This document shows positions 29,388 through 39,126 of a stretch of 64,000 nucleotides of DNA, in pieces. The stretch covers positions 338,993 to 402,992 of the forward strand of contig JBHYGA010000005.1 of NCBI GenBank assembly GCA_051859245.1, read 5' to 3'. Origin of the DNA: Gemmatimonadaceae bacterium. GTDB taxonomy: Bacteria; Gemmatimonadota; Gemmatimonadetes; Gemmatimonadales; Gemmatimonadaceae. The translations under genes were made by a program, and so were the position numbers. How positions within the stretch are numbered: the stretch's first letter is position 1; each line of letters opens with the position of its first letter. The notes beneath the pieces are model-generated. The model searched no databases and had not been told where the DNA came from. It was given only the letters and a program-made list of their open reading frames with translations.

Positions 29388-29975
29388 TCAGCGTGCGGCG
29401 CGAGCGGCTCGCGCACGCGTTGTGCTCTTTCGTCGCGTCGGACGCTTGGCGACGTGCCGCGCGGCAAACACGCCGGCAGCGAATCCACCGGCGTGTGACT
29501 GCCAACTTACCCCCGATTGCCCGGGCAGCACACCGAACACCAGGCCGCCCCACACACCGGCCACGAAGAGGCTCACCAGAATCATGCCGACGCGCCGCGC
29601 AAACCAACCGTGCGAGAGCAGGAATCCGAGATAACCAAACACGACGCCACTGGCGCCGATGTGCACGCTGCGCGGCGCGCCAAACATCCACGCCGCGAGA
29701 CCAGCGCCAAGCACGCTCCACAGCGTGACTGTAAGGAACCGTCGATCATCGGCGAACAGCACCAGAGCGCCGAGCACGAGCAGTGGCACCGAGTTCGACA
29801 TGAGATGCGCAACGTTGCCGTGCAGTACCGGTGCAAGCGGAATACCACGCAAGCCGTTCAGCGTTCGCGGCACCACACCAAACACGGCAAATGAGCCGGG
29901 CAGCACGGCGTCGACCGCGAGCACCATCCAGCACAACACAACAAACCCGACGAGTAGCAACGCGTGCTGCTTCAT
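29388..29975 (-). CDS. Rhomboid family intramembrane serine protease
   Basis: Six TM helices. GASGVVFGYLGF (GxSG catalytic Ser) and HxxxN/H in a later TM helix. Confidence 0.6.
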   Translation of the reverse strand: MKQHALLLVGFVVLCWMVLAVDAVLPGSFAVFGVVPRTLNGLRGIPLAPVLHGNVAHLMSNSVPLLVLGALVLFADDRRFLTVTLWSVLGAGLAAWMFGAPRSVHIGASGVVFGYLGFLLSHGWFARRVGMILVSLFVAGVWGGLVFGVLPGQSGVSWQSHAGGFAAGVFAARHVAKRPTRRKSTTRARAARAAR

Positions 29976-29982
29976 GCCGTTG

Positions 29983-30435
29983 TTAATCAAGGAACCGATC
30001 GGCTACGCCAGGTGCGGGCAGCATGCACATATCGCGACGACCAAACCAACGGTAGCGATTGCGGGCGATGTAGTCGTACACCGCATCGCGCACGAAGCGC
30101 GGCACGATGCGCGCAAGCGAAAGCAGCGACCACGGCAGGCCGAGCGACGCGGAAATGCGCAGTGCAGCATCGGAGCGCACATGAATACCGTCGGCGTCGA
30201 GCAGCACGATGCTGTCGGGCATGATCGCTGGTGCACCATTGGCAGACAGCGCACTGCGCGCCGCATCGGACTGTAACGATGCAAAACGAAAGTGTGCACG
30301 CTTGTCGCGTTCAATCACCCATGTCACCGCGCCGTTACACAAGTTGCACACGCCATCGAACAAAATCACCGGCGCCGCTGGCGCAGATGTTGATGTTGTT
30401 CGAAACGCGGGATCGTGCGGTTGCGTAGTGGTCAT
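29983..30435 (-). CDS. DCC-family thiol-disulfide oxidoreductase (DUF393)
   Basis: ILFDGVCNLCNGAVTWVIERD motif. Confidence 0.6.
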   Translation of the reverse strand: MTTTQPHDPAFRTTSTSAPAAPVILFDGVCNLCNGAVTWVIERDKRAHFRFASLQSDAARSALSANGAPAIMPDSIVLLDADGIHVRSDAALRISASLGLPWSLLSLARIVPRFVRDAVYDYIARNRYRWFGRRDMCMLPAPGVADRFLD

Positions 30436-30512
30436 GACATGGCAGCCTGAGGTCAATCGCAAACCCTTTACTCAGTACGTCAAAGCTAGCGGAAAGTTGC
30501 CGCTTGTGACAT

Positions 30513-31133
30513 GTGCTGGCTGGCCGTCTCTGCCTGCACCGCTCGCGAGCCTGTGGTTCGACACATAGAATCCCTCTCGTGCTCATCATTTATCTCTGGA
30601 TGTTCGTTGCCGCCGGTGTTTCACTGCTGGCGCTGCTCTGGTTTGGTTCCGTAGACGACGACGGTCTCGCCCCGGAGAGTGATACCGGGCTGGCCGGCCT
30701 GGCCGCCGCATTCCTGTCGATTCGTGGCATGTTGGCGGCGATGACACTGGCCGGGGCCGTGGGCGCGTTTTTGCTCGGCGTCGCGCTCGTGCCCAAACTC
30801 GTGTCCGTGGTTGGCGCGCTGATCGGCGCCGTGGTTGGTGCGCGCGTGTGGCGCGTTGTATTGCGCAAACTCCGGTATTTTGATCGCGATCACGGCGTGT
30901 CAACCGACGCGTTGCTTGGTCGAGAAGGTACGCTCACTGTCGGCATCGCCAGCGAACGTGCGCCCGGTGTGGTACAAGTCACGCTTGGCGGATTGTCGCA
31001 AGAGTTCACGGCGCTGCCGGAAACCGATGGCATTCTGCAGGAAGGTTCGCGCGTAGTCATCGTGCGCATCGAGTCGCCGTCCACCGTGGTGGTTGGTCCG
31101 AGTCCATATCCCGAACATCCTTCTGCCAAATGA
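30513..31133 (+). CDS. NfeD-like membrane protein (OB-fold C-terminus), partner of flotillin
   Basis: Two to three TM helices then beta-rich C-terminus (GTLTVGIASERAPGVVQV...GSRVVIVRIES). Stop overlaps the flotillin start (ATGA). Start uncertain (GTG 30513 or ATG 30600). Confidence 0.5.
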   Translation: MLAGRLCLHRSRACGSTHRIPLVLIIYLWMFVAAGVSLLALLWFGSVDDDGLAPESDTGLAGLAAAFLSIRGMLAAMTLAGAVGAFLLGVALVPKLVSVVGALIGAVVGARVWRVVLRKLRYFDRDHGVSTDALLGREGTLTVGIASERAPGVVQVTLGGLSQEFTALPETDGILQEGSRVVIVRIESPSTVVVGPSPYPEHPSAK

Positions 31134-32872
31134 CGATCATGCCTTTTTCTCTCGCGCTTCTGCAGGCTGCTGATCCCGAGATTTCGCTCGACGGTGTGCT
31201 GTCGGCCATTCTCGGCGGCGGCAGCATTGTGTTGATCATCGGTCTCTTTGTTGGTCTCGGCCTGTTCTTCGCGTCGCGCTACAAAGTGTGCCCAACGAAT
31301 CGGCTGCTCGTGATCTCCGGTGCGACATCGCAAACCAACGAACACGGTGACACGCTACCCAAGGTGATCGCCGGTGGCGGCACGTTTGTGTGGCCAATTA
31401 TTCAGCAATACAACTTTCTCGATCTCGCGCCGTTCACGTTGAAGGTCGCGTTGCAAGACGCACTCTCCGCCGAAACAATTCGTGTGGCGGTGCCGAGTGC
31501 GTTCACGCTCGCGATTGGCAACGCGTCGCCGCACAAGGAGAACGCCGCCACGCGTCTCGTTGGCAAAAACGAAGAAGAGATCAAAGGTCTCGCCGCCGAA
31601 ACGATCGTGGGTACGCTGCGGCAGGTGATTGCGGTGATGACGATCCAGGAGATCAACTCAAACCGCGACGAGTTCCGTCGCAAGATTGAGAGCACGCTCG
31701 TTCCGGAACTCACCAAGCTCGGCCTGTCGCTGCTCAACGTGAATATTCAGGACTTGCGTGACGAGTCCGGCTATCTCGATGCGCTTGGCAAGAAGGCCGG
31801 TTCCGAAGCCACACAGCGCGCGCTCGGCGACGTGGCTGAGGCGGAGAAAACCGGTGCGATTCGCGTGGCCGAAGCACAGCGCGAGAAGGACGTGATCGTG
31901 GCCGCGCAAAAGCGCGATCAGGTCATCGGTGTGCAGGAAGCACAGTTGGCGCAAACCATGCGTTTGGCCGAAATGACGCGTGAGCAGGACGTGCAAACGC
32001 GCACGCAGGAAACCCAACGCGATCGTGAAGTGGCCACGCTCGATCGTGAACGTCGCATCGCCATCTCGGAAGCGAATGCCGCGGCCGTGGCTGGTGAAGC
32101 CGTGGCCGAAGCACAGAAGCGTGTGCGCATTGCCGAAACGAATGCGGACGCCGTGAAGGGTGAAACGCAGGCCAAGGCGCAGGTGGCGGAATCCGAAGCC
32201 AATCTCGCGGTCACCGCCGCCGAAGCGCGCAAGCGCGCGGAGTCGGCGCGTGCGATCGCGGACGGTCAGGTCGCCGAGGCCACGGCCAAGGCGCGCGAGG
32301 CCGCGGCACTTGCCGAGGCCAGGCAGATCGAAGCCTCTGAGCGTGCTCGGTTGGAGGCGCCGGCCAAGGCGGCGGCGGCCACAGCGATTGTGTCGGCCGA
32401 AGGCCAGGCCCAGCAGGTCACGATTGCCGCCGAAGCCGCGGCGACAGCCGTGAAGGCCAAGCTCGAAGCGGAAGCCGACGGTCAGTACGCGTTGCTCTCG
32501 CAGCGCGCACGCGGCCTCAAGGAGCTGGTGGAAGCGGCCGGAAGTCCGGAGCAGGCGTTTGCTCTGTTGCTGGTCGACATGGTCCCAACGCTGGTCGAAA
32601 AAGCCGCCGAGGCGGTGAAGGGGGTGAATGTGGAGAAAGTCATCGTGTGGGACGCGGGCGGCGGTAACGGGGCAGGCGGTGGCGTGAGCCGCGTGACCCA
32701 CGACCTCGTTCGCTCCGTGCCGCCCGCGATGGATCTGATCCGTCACGTCACCGGCATTGAACTGCCCGGGTTGGGCAAGCTGTCGCCCGACATGGCGGCC
32801 AAGCTTTCTGCATCGCTCACCCCCGAGCAGGCTGAGGTGCTGCTCGCCGCAACCGATCGCGGCGAGGCATGA
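31130..32872 (+). CDS. Flotillin-family (SPFH/band 7) protein with long coiled-coil
   Basis: N-terminal TM. SPFH core (YKVCPTNRLLVISG...FTLKVALQDALSAETIRVAV). About 250-aa Ala/Glu/Gln/Arg-rich coiled coil. Confidence 0.75.
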   Translation: MTIMPFSLALLQAADPEISLDGVLSAILGGGSIVLIIGLFVGLGLFFASRYKVCPTNRLLVISGATSQTNEHGDTLPKVIAGGGTFVWPIIQQYNFLDLAPFTLKVALQDALSAETIRVAVPSAFTLAIGNASPHKENAATRLVGKNEEEIKGLAAETIVGTLRQVIAVMTIQEINSNRDEFRRKIESTLVPELTKLGLSLLNVNIQDLRDESGYLDALGKKAGSEATQRALGDVAEAEKTGAIRVAEAQREKDVIVAAQKRDQVIGVQEAQLAQTMRLAEMTREQDVQTRTQETQRDREVATLDRERRIAISEANAAAVAGEAVAEAQKRVRIAETNADAVKGETQAKAQVAESEANLAVTAAEARKRAESARAIADGQVAEATAKAREAAALAEARQIEASERARLEAPAKAAAATAIVSAEGQAQQVTIAAEAAATAVKAKLEAEADGQYALLSQRARGLKELVEAAGSPEQAFALLLVDMVPTLVEKAAEAVKGVNVEKVIVWDAGGGNGAGGGVSRVTHDLVRSVPPAMDLIRHVTGIELPGLGKLSPDMAAKLSASLTPEQAEVLLAATDRGEA

Positions 32873-32957
32873 CGTAACCCAACAGCGCTCCGGCTCGTCG
32901 TATATGGCCGTCACCTGATGTCGCGGTGGCGGCCCGACCTTGAACGGAGCGCTGTGC

Positions 32958-33227
32958 ATGTCCCTTTCCTTTGCCAGGGCCACCGAGCCCTGGACCCCCG
33001 CCCTTGTACCGCGTCAGTGGTGGTACGTCGCGCCAAGCACCTCAAGCCCCCAGGGCACGCCTGCGGAAGGACCGTGGACGCTCGCGCACGTGCAGCAGGC
33101 GATCACAGGTGGCGCGATCGAAAGCTCTCGCCTGGTGTGGACGCCGGGCATGGCGTCGTGGTCGCCGGTGGGTCATCAGCCCGAGTTTGCCTTCGATTTT
33201 TCGCCGCCGCCGTTGCCCGCGGCGTAA
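32958..33227 (+). CDS. DUF4339 (GYF-like) domain small protein
   Basis: WYVA...GPWTLAHVQQAITGGAIESSRLVWTPGMASWSPVGHQPEF matches DUF4339. The overlapping frame 32918.. is Arg-rich junk in this span. Confidence 0.45.
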   Translation: MSLSFARATEPWTPALVPRQWWYVAPSTSSPQGTPAEGPWTLAHVQQAITGGAIESSRLVWTPGMASWSPVGHQPEFAFDFSPPPLPAA

Positions 33228-33262
33228 CGGCCAGACGTGAAGCTCGTTCCGTCACCACGCGC

Positions 33263-34057
33263 GTGAGCCTTCGCCTGCAGCAGGTGCATGTGCGCTGTGC
33301 GGGATGCGGCGCGCCGGCTGGCGATCCGTCGCTCACGCGATGCAGTTACTGCACGCTGGTGTTCGGGCAGCGCGCGTGTCCGAGCTGCCATTGCCGCATG
33401 GCGCCCGGCGTCACGTTCTGCCAGTGGTGCGGTACCGGTACGATTACACCGGCTGCTGAGCACTCCACGCTGTTGTGTCCCTGCGGGAACGCCACGTTGC
33501 AACACCGGGCGATTCCCGTTCCACCTGGCACCGTTGGCGGCGCGATGTACATCGCTGACTGTCCGGTATGCACTGGCATGTGGCTTTCGCGAGAATCGGT
33601 GGAACGACTTGTCGCCAGTCATGCCGACGACGCCATCGTGCTCGCGCTTGCGCCGGGAGTGGGAGCGGCCGTTGCCTCACGAGCGAAGAGCGTGACCGAA
33701 ACAAGCGTGCGCTACAGAAAATGCCCCGAGTGCAGCGGGCTCATGAATCGCGTGAACTACGCGCGCATCTCGGGCATCGTGGTTGATGTGTGCAAGTCGC
33801 ACGGCACATGGTTCGATGCGCATGAGTTGCCAGCGCTGCTCGACTTCGTACGGCGCGGTGGCCTTGATGTGGCGCGCAAGCGAGAAACTGTTGCGCTCGC
33901 AGACGAACGTCGCCGACTTGAGCGAGAGCGCGCGATCCGCACGCAAACGGAGCACATGCGCGGGGATCGGCGCGCAGTGTGGCTGCTCTCGGAGCGTGGT
34001 GATTCGCATCGCCCGAGTTTATTCTCGTTGCTCGGCGACCTGCTCAACAAATCGTGA
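33263..34057 (+). CDS. Multi-zinc-ribbon protein with two zf-TFIIB-type ribbons
   Basis: CAGCGAP...CSYC; CPSCHC...CQWCG; CPCG...CPVCTGMWLSRESVERL; CPECSGLMNRV...VDVCKSHGTWFDAHEL. Start (GTG 33263) uncertain. Confidence 0.4.
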   Translation: MSLRLQQVHVRCAGCGAPAGDPSLTRCSYCTLVFGQRACPSCHCRMAPGVTFCQWCGTGTITPAAEHSTLLCPCGNATLQHRAIPVPPGTVGGAMYIADCPVCTGMWLSRESVERLVASHADDAIVLALAPGVGAAVASRAKSVTETSVRYRKCPECSGLMNRVNYARISGIVVDVCKSHGTWFDAHELPALLDFVRRGGLDVARKRETVALADERRRLERERAIRTQTEHMRGDRRAVWLLSERGDSHRPSLFSLLGDLLNKS

Positions 34058-34084
34058 GCAGGATCGCCGAGCCACAACCGAGTA

Positions 34085-34771
34085 TTACGGAGCCTGCTTC
34101 TTCATGGCAAAGTCGTACTCAAGGCGAATCGTGTCGTTCACGCTTAGCACCACACGCACACGCGGCTGCGTGAGCTGGAACTCGGCAAAGGTGAACGATG
34201 TCGCGGCTGTACCCGTGAGTTGGTCCCCTGCCACATTCGCCGTCACGTTCCACGTGCTCGGGCGCGTAACGCCTTTCACAGTGAGATCGCCGAGCAGCTG
34301 AAACTGCACGCGGCCGCTGGTTGGCAGCGGCGACGGCAATCCGCGAACACCGGTCACCGCCAGTCGCGTGGTGGGGAACGAATCGGTCACCAACAAGCGC
34401 GACCGCACGTAGTTGTCGCGTCGCGCTTCATCGCTGGTCAGGCCCGCGAGTGTGACATCAAAGCTGGAAGTACCGCGCACTACAGCGCCCGATTTATCGA
34501 GCGCAATCGTGCCGGTAATGGCCGACGTCTCACCAACGGCATCGTTGTCGAGTTCGCGTCCAAGCAATCGCTCGCGCACGCGATACCGTGCCTTGCTGCC
34601 TTCCGCGACCGTGACGTATTTCACGGCAATCTGTTGCAACGGAGCGCGCGCTGGTTCGGCCGCGTGCGCCTCCTGCGTTTCCGTGGTCGCGCGCGGCGAC
34701 CACGGTGTGAGACTGAGCACGCCGGCTACGGCGGCGCCAATCGCGAGTGATGTAACGCGGGGATTGATCAC
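34085..34771 (-). CDS. YceI-family periplasmic protein
   Basis: Signal peptide. YceI-like lipocalin-fold sequence (LLGDLTVKGVTRPSTWNVT). Confidence 0.65.
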   Translation of the reverse strand: MINPRVTSLAIGAAVAGVLSLTPWSPRATTETQEAHAAEPARAPLQQIAVKYVTVAEGSKARYRVRERLLGRELDNDAVGETSAITGTIALDKSGAVVRGTSSFDVTLAGLTSDEARRDNYVRSRLLVTDSFPTTRLAVTGVRGLPSPLPTSGRVQFQLLGDLTVKGVTRPSTWNVTANVAGDQLTGTAATSFTFAEFQLTQPRVRVVLSVNDTIRLEYDFAMKKQAP

Positions 34772-37470
34772 TGCTGGTTCTCCATAGTGACCGGACCCTT
34801 CGCGTCTTTCTTGCCATCGTTCTTGACGTACTTGTCAAGCCACGCGACCCAGCGGCCCCACTGATCAAGGACCGTCTCCTTGGCAATCGGACCATGATCT
34901 TCGTAGGGATACATGTACAACGAAACGTTCTTACCCAGTCCCTGCAGTGCGTGGAACAAGCGCTCCGAGTTGATCGGCGCGGTGCCAACGTTCTGGTCAT
35001 CGGTGCTGTGGTAGAGCAACAGCGCGCCGTTCAGTTTGTCGGCATACAGAAATGGCGACATTGCAAGATACGTTTCGCGACCCTGCCAGAAATCGCGACG
35101 CTCACTCTGGAATCCGTTGGGTGTGAGCGTGCGATTGTAGGCGCCGTCACCCGCAATACCGGCTTTGAAAAACGGCGTGTGCACCATCGCGTTCACGGCA
35201 CTGAACGCGCCGTAGCTGTGCCCGCCAATACCGAGGCGATGGCGGTCCACGATTGCCAGCGTGTCGAGCGCATCGATCGTGGCGGCCAGATTGTTGCGCA
35301 GATCGGCCACGTAGTTGTCGTTCGGCTGCATGCCATCGCTGGCAAAGATCGGTGCATCCGGCTCAATGAGTGCGTAGCCCTGCGTGGTGATAAACGCCAT
35401 GCTGCGCGGTGCGAACGTTGGGAAACGACGTGACGCCGCACCAGCGGGTGCGTTGGCCTGACGATCGTACTCCGCCTGATTCTGATACTCGCGCGGATAG
35501 AACCAGAAGAGTGCGGGCAAACGCGTGCCTTCTTTGTAGTCAGCCGGCAGCGTGACACGCACATTGAACGTGTAGCCGTCGGCCCGACGCGCAACCACCG
35601 TGCGCTTCTGCAGCGATGACAGCTCCGGGAACAGATCGCGATTGTTCGTGAGCTGACGTGCGGTCTTTGTGGCCACGTCAAGCACAAACGACTGCGGCGG
35701 TGTGGTGGCTGACTCGCGGTTCACAATGGCGCGCGTAAAGTCGTCATCAAGCGCAGCGCCGATCGACTCCGAAATGTCGCCGCTGCTCTCATACACACGC
35801 GTGCGTTCGCCCGTTTTGATCGCCACGCGATCCACCCATACGCGCGGTGAGCGACCGGTCGTGGTATCGGGTGTTGAGCCCTGCAGAAACACCGACTGAC
35901 CATCGCTTGATACCATCACGCTTGGCGCACCACGGCGACCGGGCTTGCTCATGAGCGTTGCGGCGCCGGGCGCCGCGGCAGCAGCGCGACCGCCTGCAGG
36001 TGCCGCAGGACGCGTTGTATCTGCACGGGCCGCGCTGTCAGCGCCACGTCCGCGGCGCGGCGCAACGATCGTGTACTTCTTGTCGGGCTCGTCAACAAAG
36101 ATCGCAAGTTCCGTTGTGCCGCCGGTGCCGGTTTCTGACACAAACAGAATCTTGCCATCGTCGGAGAATCGGCTGTTCGCAATGCGATTGCTGGTTTCGT
36201 AGACGACTTTCTGGCTCGTGCTGTCGAACGGCGGCAGCCAGTGCACCAGCCGGTCCGCGCGACGCGCGAGCGACGCCGAGTCCGTACGCGCGGCAGGTGC
36301 CGCACCCGCGCGAGCGGCAGGCGCTGGCGCGAGTTGCGCGAACAACAAGCCGGCTTGTGTGGGGTGCCACTGCAGGCTGCGCTTGGCCGTGTCATTGCCA
36401 GCGCCGCGCGCGGCGGGTGTTGTCGGACGGGCGGGAGGATTGTCGGGATCGTCAACCGCTTCGCCTTCACGCAGTGGACGCTTGGACAGCTGCACCAGCG
36501 ATTTGCCGCTCGCGTCGATCACGTTTTCTGTTTGTCCAAAGCTCGCGACCGGCAACAGATACGAGAACGGTTCATCGAGCGACGTGACGCGGAAATGCTG
36601 TCCATCAGGAGACGCGCTCAGCGTGCGAATCATTTGCGGTGCGCCGATTTTTTTCACCGCGCGCGAACGCACATCGATCACTGCCAACTGACCCGTGGAG
36701 TAATACGTTAACAGCGTTTTGTCGTACGGCGTGGTGAGCAGACTGGCGTAGGTGCGCGTCTTCAGTTTGTTGTTGTCATTCACGCGCACAATCGGTTCGG
36801 TGGCGACGGCTGGCGGCGCGGGTTCCGCACCGCGACCATCGGGCACCAACACCGCGACAATGCTCCGACTGTCTGCGGTCCACTCCATGTTCGTCACGTG
36901 CGTTGCAAGCAGCGGGGTGCGCGTGAGCGGGCGCGAGCGACCCGTGGCCGGATCGGCGAGGTAGATGTGTGTGGCGTTGTCGAACAGGGCCATGAAGGCG
37001 ATCGTGGTGCCGTCGGGCGACCACGCCGTGGGCCCAACGCGCGCACCGGTTGGGATATTCACACTCACGACCTTGCCCGTCTCCCAATTGCGTAGCTCCA
37101 GACCAGCGCTCGAGCGCGTGGTCAACGAGCGCGCCCGGCTGGCGACACGATCCACCTGAAATCCGCCGAGATTGTGGTATGGCTTGCCCATCGCCGCGAG
37201 CGACGGCAGGCCATCGCTTACCGTGCGCAGAAACCACTGACGGCTGCCCGGGTTCGGGGCGCTGAAGGTGATGTTCTGTTCACGGGGCGCAGTCACCAGC
37301 TTTTCCAGCGCTGGCGGCGGGGTGATGTAGCGTTCCGCGTTGATCGCTTCATCGAGCTGCGCCGTGTTGCTGGTGGGCTTGTTCTGCGCGAGCAGGAGGC
37401 TCGCGGGGAACGAGATCAGCATCGCGAGGGCAGTGTAGCGGACCAATCGGCGTGGGGCTGGTGCGGGCAT
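34768..37470 (-). CDS. S9-family serine peptidase (prolyl oligopeptidase / DPP-like) with N-terminal beta-propeller
   Basis: Catalytic GGHSYGAF (GxSxG). Asp/His in YHSTDDQNVG...YPYEDHG. Long TolB-like propeller N-terminus. Start trimmed to ATG 37470 (ORF to 37599). Confidence 0.65.
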   Translation of the reverse strand: MPAPAPRRLVRYTALAMLISFPASLLLAQNKPTSNTAQLDEAINAERYITPPPALEKLVTAPREQNITFSAPNPGSRQWFLRTVSDGLPSLAAMGKPYHNLGGFQVDRVASRARSLTTRSSAGLELRNWETGKVVSVNIPTGARVGPTAWSPDGTTIAFMALFDNATHIYLADPATGRSRPLTRTPLLATHVTNMEWTADSRSIVAVLVPDGRGAEPAPPAVATEPIVRVNDNNKLKTRTYASLLTTPYDKTLLTYYSTGQLAVIDVRSRAVKKIGAPQMIRTLSASPDGQHFRVTSLDEPFSYLLPVASFGQTENVIDASGKSLVQLSKRPLREGEAVDDPDNPPARPTTPAARGAGNDTAKRSLQWHPTQAGLLFAQLAPAPAARAGAAPAARTDSASLARRADRLVHWLPPFDSTSQKVVYETSNRIANSRFSDDGKILFVSETGTGGTTELAIFVDEPDKKYTIVAPRRGRGADSAARADTTRPAAPAGGRAAAAAPGAATLMSKPGRRGAPSVMVSSDGQSVFLQGSTPDTTTGRSPRVWVDRVAIKTGERTRVYESSGDISESIGAALDDDFTRAIVNRESATTPPQSFVLDVATKTARQLTNNRDLFPELSSLQKRTVVARRADGYTFNVRVTLPADYKEGTRLPALFWFYPREYQNQAEYDRQANAPAGAASRRFPTFAPRSMAFITTQGYALIEPDAPIFASDGMQPNDNYVADLRNNLAATIDALDTLAIVDRHRLGIGGHSYGAFSAVNAMVHTPFFKAGIAGDGAYNRTLTPNGFQSERRDFWQGRETYLAMSPFLYADKLNGALLLYHSTDDQNVGTAPINSERLFHALQGLGKNVSLYMYPYEDHGPIAKETVLDQWGRWVAWLDKYVKNDGKKDAKGPVTMENQQ

Positions 37471-37611
37471 GGGCAGGCTTGCCTGGGAAGGATGGATCGG
37501 GAGAAACGGACGGCACTCCCGACGATGGGGCCGGTCGTTCGCTGACGCAACCGGGACGAACGGGGAAACCAGCGCGGGGAGTCTGCGTATTGTACGCATC
37601 CCCCTTACCAG

Positions 37612-37815
37612 GTGCTGTCCATGATTGCTTCCCTGCTTCGGCTAGTTGCGCTTCGCCCCTTTCTGGGCATGGCGATTCTGGGCGTGCCAGTGCTCGCCCT
37701 GATTGCCCTTGGACTGCTGACGGTCGTGGCGTTCAAGGTGATGGTCGCGCTGATCATCCCGGTGTCCGTGGTACTGCTGGTGCTCTGGCTCCTTCGACGA
37801 ATGAAGCGTGCCTGA
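37612..37815 (+). CDS. Small hydrophobic membrane protein (2 TM), hypothetical
   Basis: 67-aa ORF, almost entirely hydrophobic with a C-terminal RRMKRA. Could also be a high-GC artefact. Confidence 0.3.
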   Translation: MLSMIASLLRLVALRPFLGMAILGVPVLALIALGLLTVVAFKVMVALIIPVSVVLLVLWLLRRMKRA

Positions 37816-37851
37816 GTAGCATCGGCGAGCGCTTTCGGCGACCATTCGGGC

Positions 37852-38493
37852 ATGCCTCATTCGCGTGCCCGTTGTCTCATGTTTTTGCTCGCCACATCGC
37901 TGTGCTTCGTGGCTCCGGCTCTCGCCAGCCGTCTGCACGCACAGCCCGTTCAGCCCACCGGTACGGTCTTCCCACGGTACGCGGGCTCGCGCGCCGAAGC
38001 CGAAGTTGACCGCCCCCATGAGTTTTACGTGAGCACCGTGGGTTGGATTCCGCTCGGACGCGTGCTCTGGTCGTCCGGGAGCGATCAAGTCACGCCCTCG
38101 CCCAAGGTGTGGCCCAAAGACCTTGAATCCTACGGTCGTCGCTTTATCACGCGATCGGCGCAGCTGGTTATCATCGAGGCCGTTCGCCACAGCTCGGCCG
38201 CCGCGCTCGATCGCGATCCCGTGTACGTGCGCTGTGCGTGTGAAGGCGTTGCCTCTCGACTCCGGCACGCCACGCTCGGCGTGGTGACCGATTTTGATAC
38301 CAAGGGCCAGCGTCGCATCGGATGGCCGCGGTTCGCGGGCGCACTCGCCGGCGCGCTCGCGTTGGGACAGCTGCAGCCCGAGCAAAACAAAACCGGCACG
38401 ATTGCACTGCGAACCGGATTAACGGTTGCCGGCGCACTCATCGGCAACACGATGCTTGAGTTCGACATGATGCCGGGCGGCAAGCACGACTAG
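37852..38493 (+). CDS. Hypothetical secreted protein
   Basis: Signal peptide MFLLATSLCFVAPALASRLHAQ. No recognisable domain. Confidence 0.45.
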   Translation: MPHSRARCLMFLLATSLCFVAPALASRLHAQPVQPTGTVFPRYAGSRAEAEVDRPHEFYVSTVGWIPLGRVLWSSGSDQVTPSPKVWPKDLESYGRRFITRSAQLVIIEAVRHSSAAALDRDPVYVRCACEGVASRLRHATLGVVTDFDTKGQRRIGWPRFAGALAGALALGQLQPEQNKTGTIALRTGLTVAGALIGNTMLEFDMMPGGKHD

Positions 38494-38665
38494 TCGGTGT
38501 TCCCGGGCAACTCCCCTGGTTTCGCGCGCCGTTTTTCGGAACTCGCGACGGCGCAAAGGGATATGTTTACCACGTGAAGTGCGCGGGTCTGTTTCCGTGC
38601 TTTCACCTCGTGGCGTCAACGGAAGAGACTCCACGCCAACTATCACGGCGGTACGAACGCGCAGG

Positions 38666-39103
38666 ATGGATTTCATGGATAATACGAACGACACGGGCAC
38701 GACCATCAACGACCTTGCGATCGTGCTGCCGAAGCTGGATGCGGCGCGCAACGATCTGCTGGCGTTGCACCGGGTGCTGCTGCACGCGGAACGCGTGCGC
38801 TACGAAAAAGTGTTCGGACGCATTCCAGGCAACGGCGCGTTTCTGCAGCTCGCGATGAATGACCCGTGGTTCACGTGGCTTCGGCCAATGATGCGGCTCG
38901 TGTCAGAAATTGACTCGCGTCTGCTGGATCGTGGGCAGCCGCCGCTGTCCGCTGAAGAGGCGTCACAGTGGCTTGCCGACGCGAATCGTTTGCTGCGCCC
39001 GGATGCGGAAGGTTCAGGCTTTCAGCAGGAGTTCCAGGCGCTGCTGCAGGACTCTCCGGAAGTAGCAGTGATGCATCGGCAGTTGGTGAAAGAGCGCGAC
39101 TGA
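38666..39103 (+). CDS. Hypothetical cytoplasmic alpha-helical protein
   Basis: ORF 38579 trimmed to ATG (MDFMDNTN...). No known motif. Confidence 0.35.
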   Translation: MDFMDNTNDTGTTINDLAIVLPKLDAARNDLLALHRVLLHAERVRYEKVFGRIPGNGAFLQLAMNDPWFTWLRPMMRLVSEIDSRLLDRGQPPLSAEEASQWLADANRLLRPDAEGSGFQQEFQALLQDSPEVAVMHRQLVKERD

Positions 39104-39126
39104 GGGCGTGCCGCTTAGGTTGCGGT

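Noticed and set aside
32918-33262. N-terminal part of ORF 32918..34057 as part of the zinc-ribbon gene
   Set aside because: This segment translates to Arg-rich junk. The overlapping frame encodes a clean DUF4339 domain, so the zinc-ribbon gene was started at the downstream in-frame GTG.
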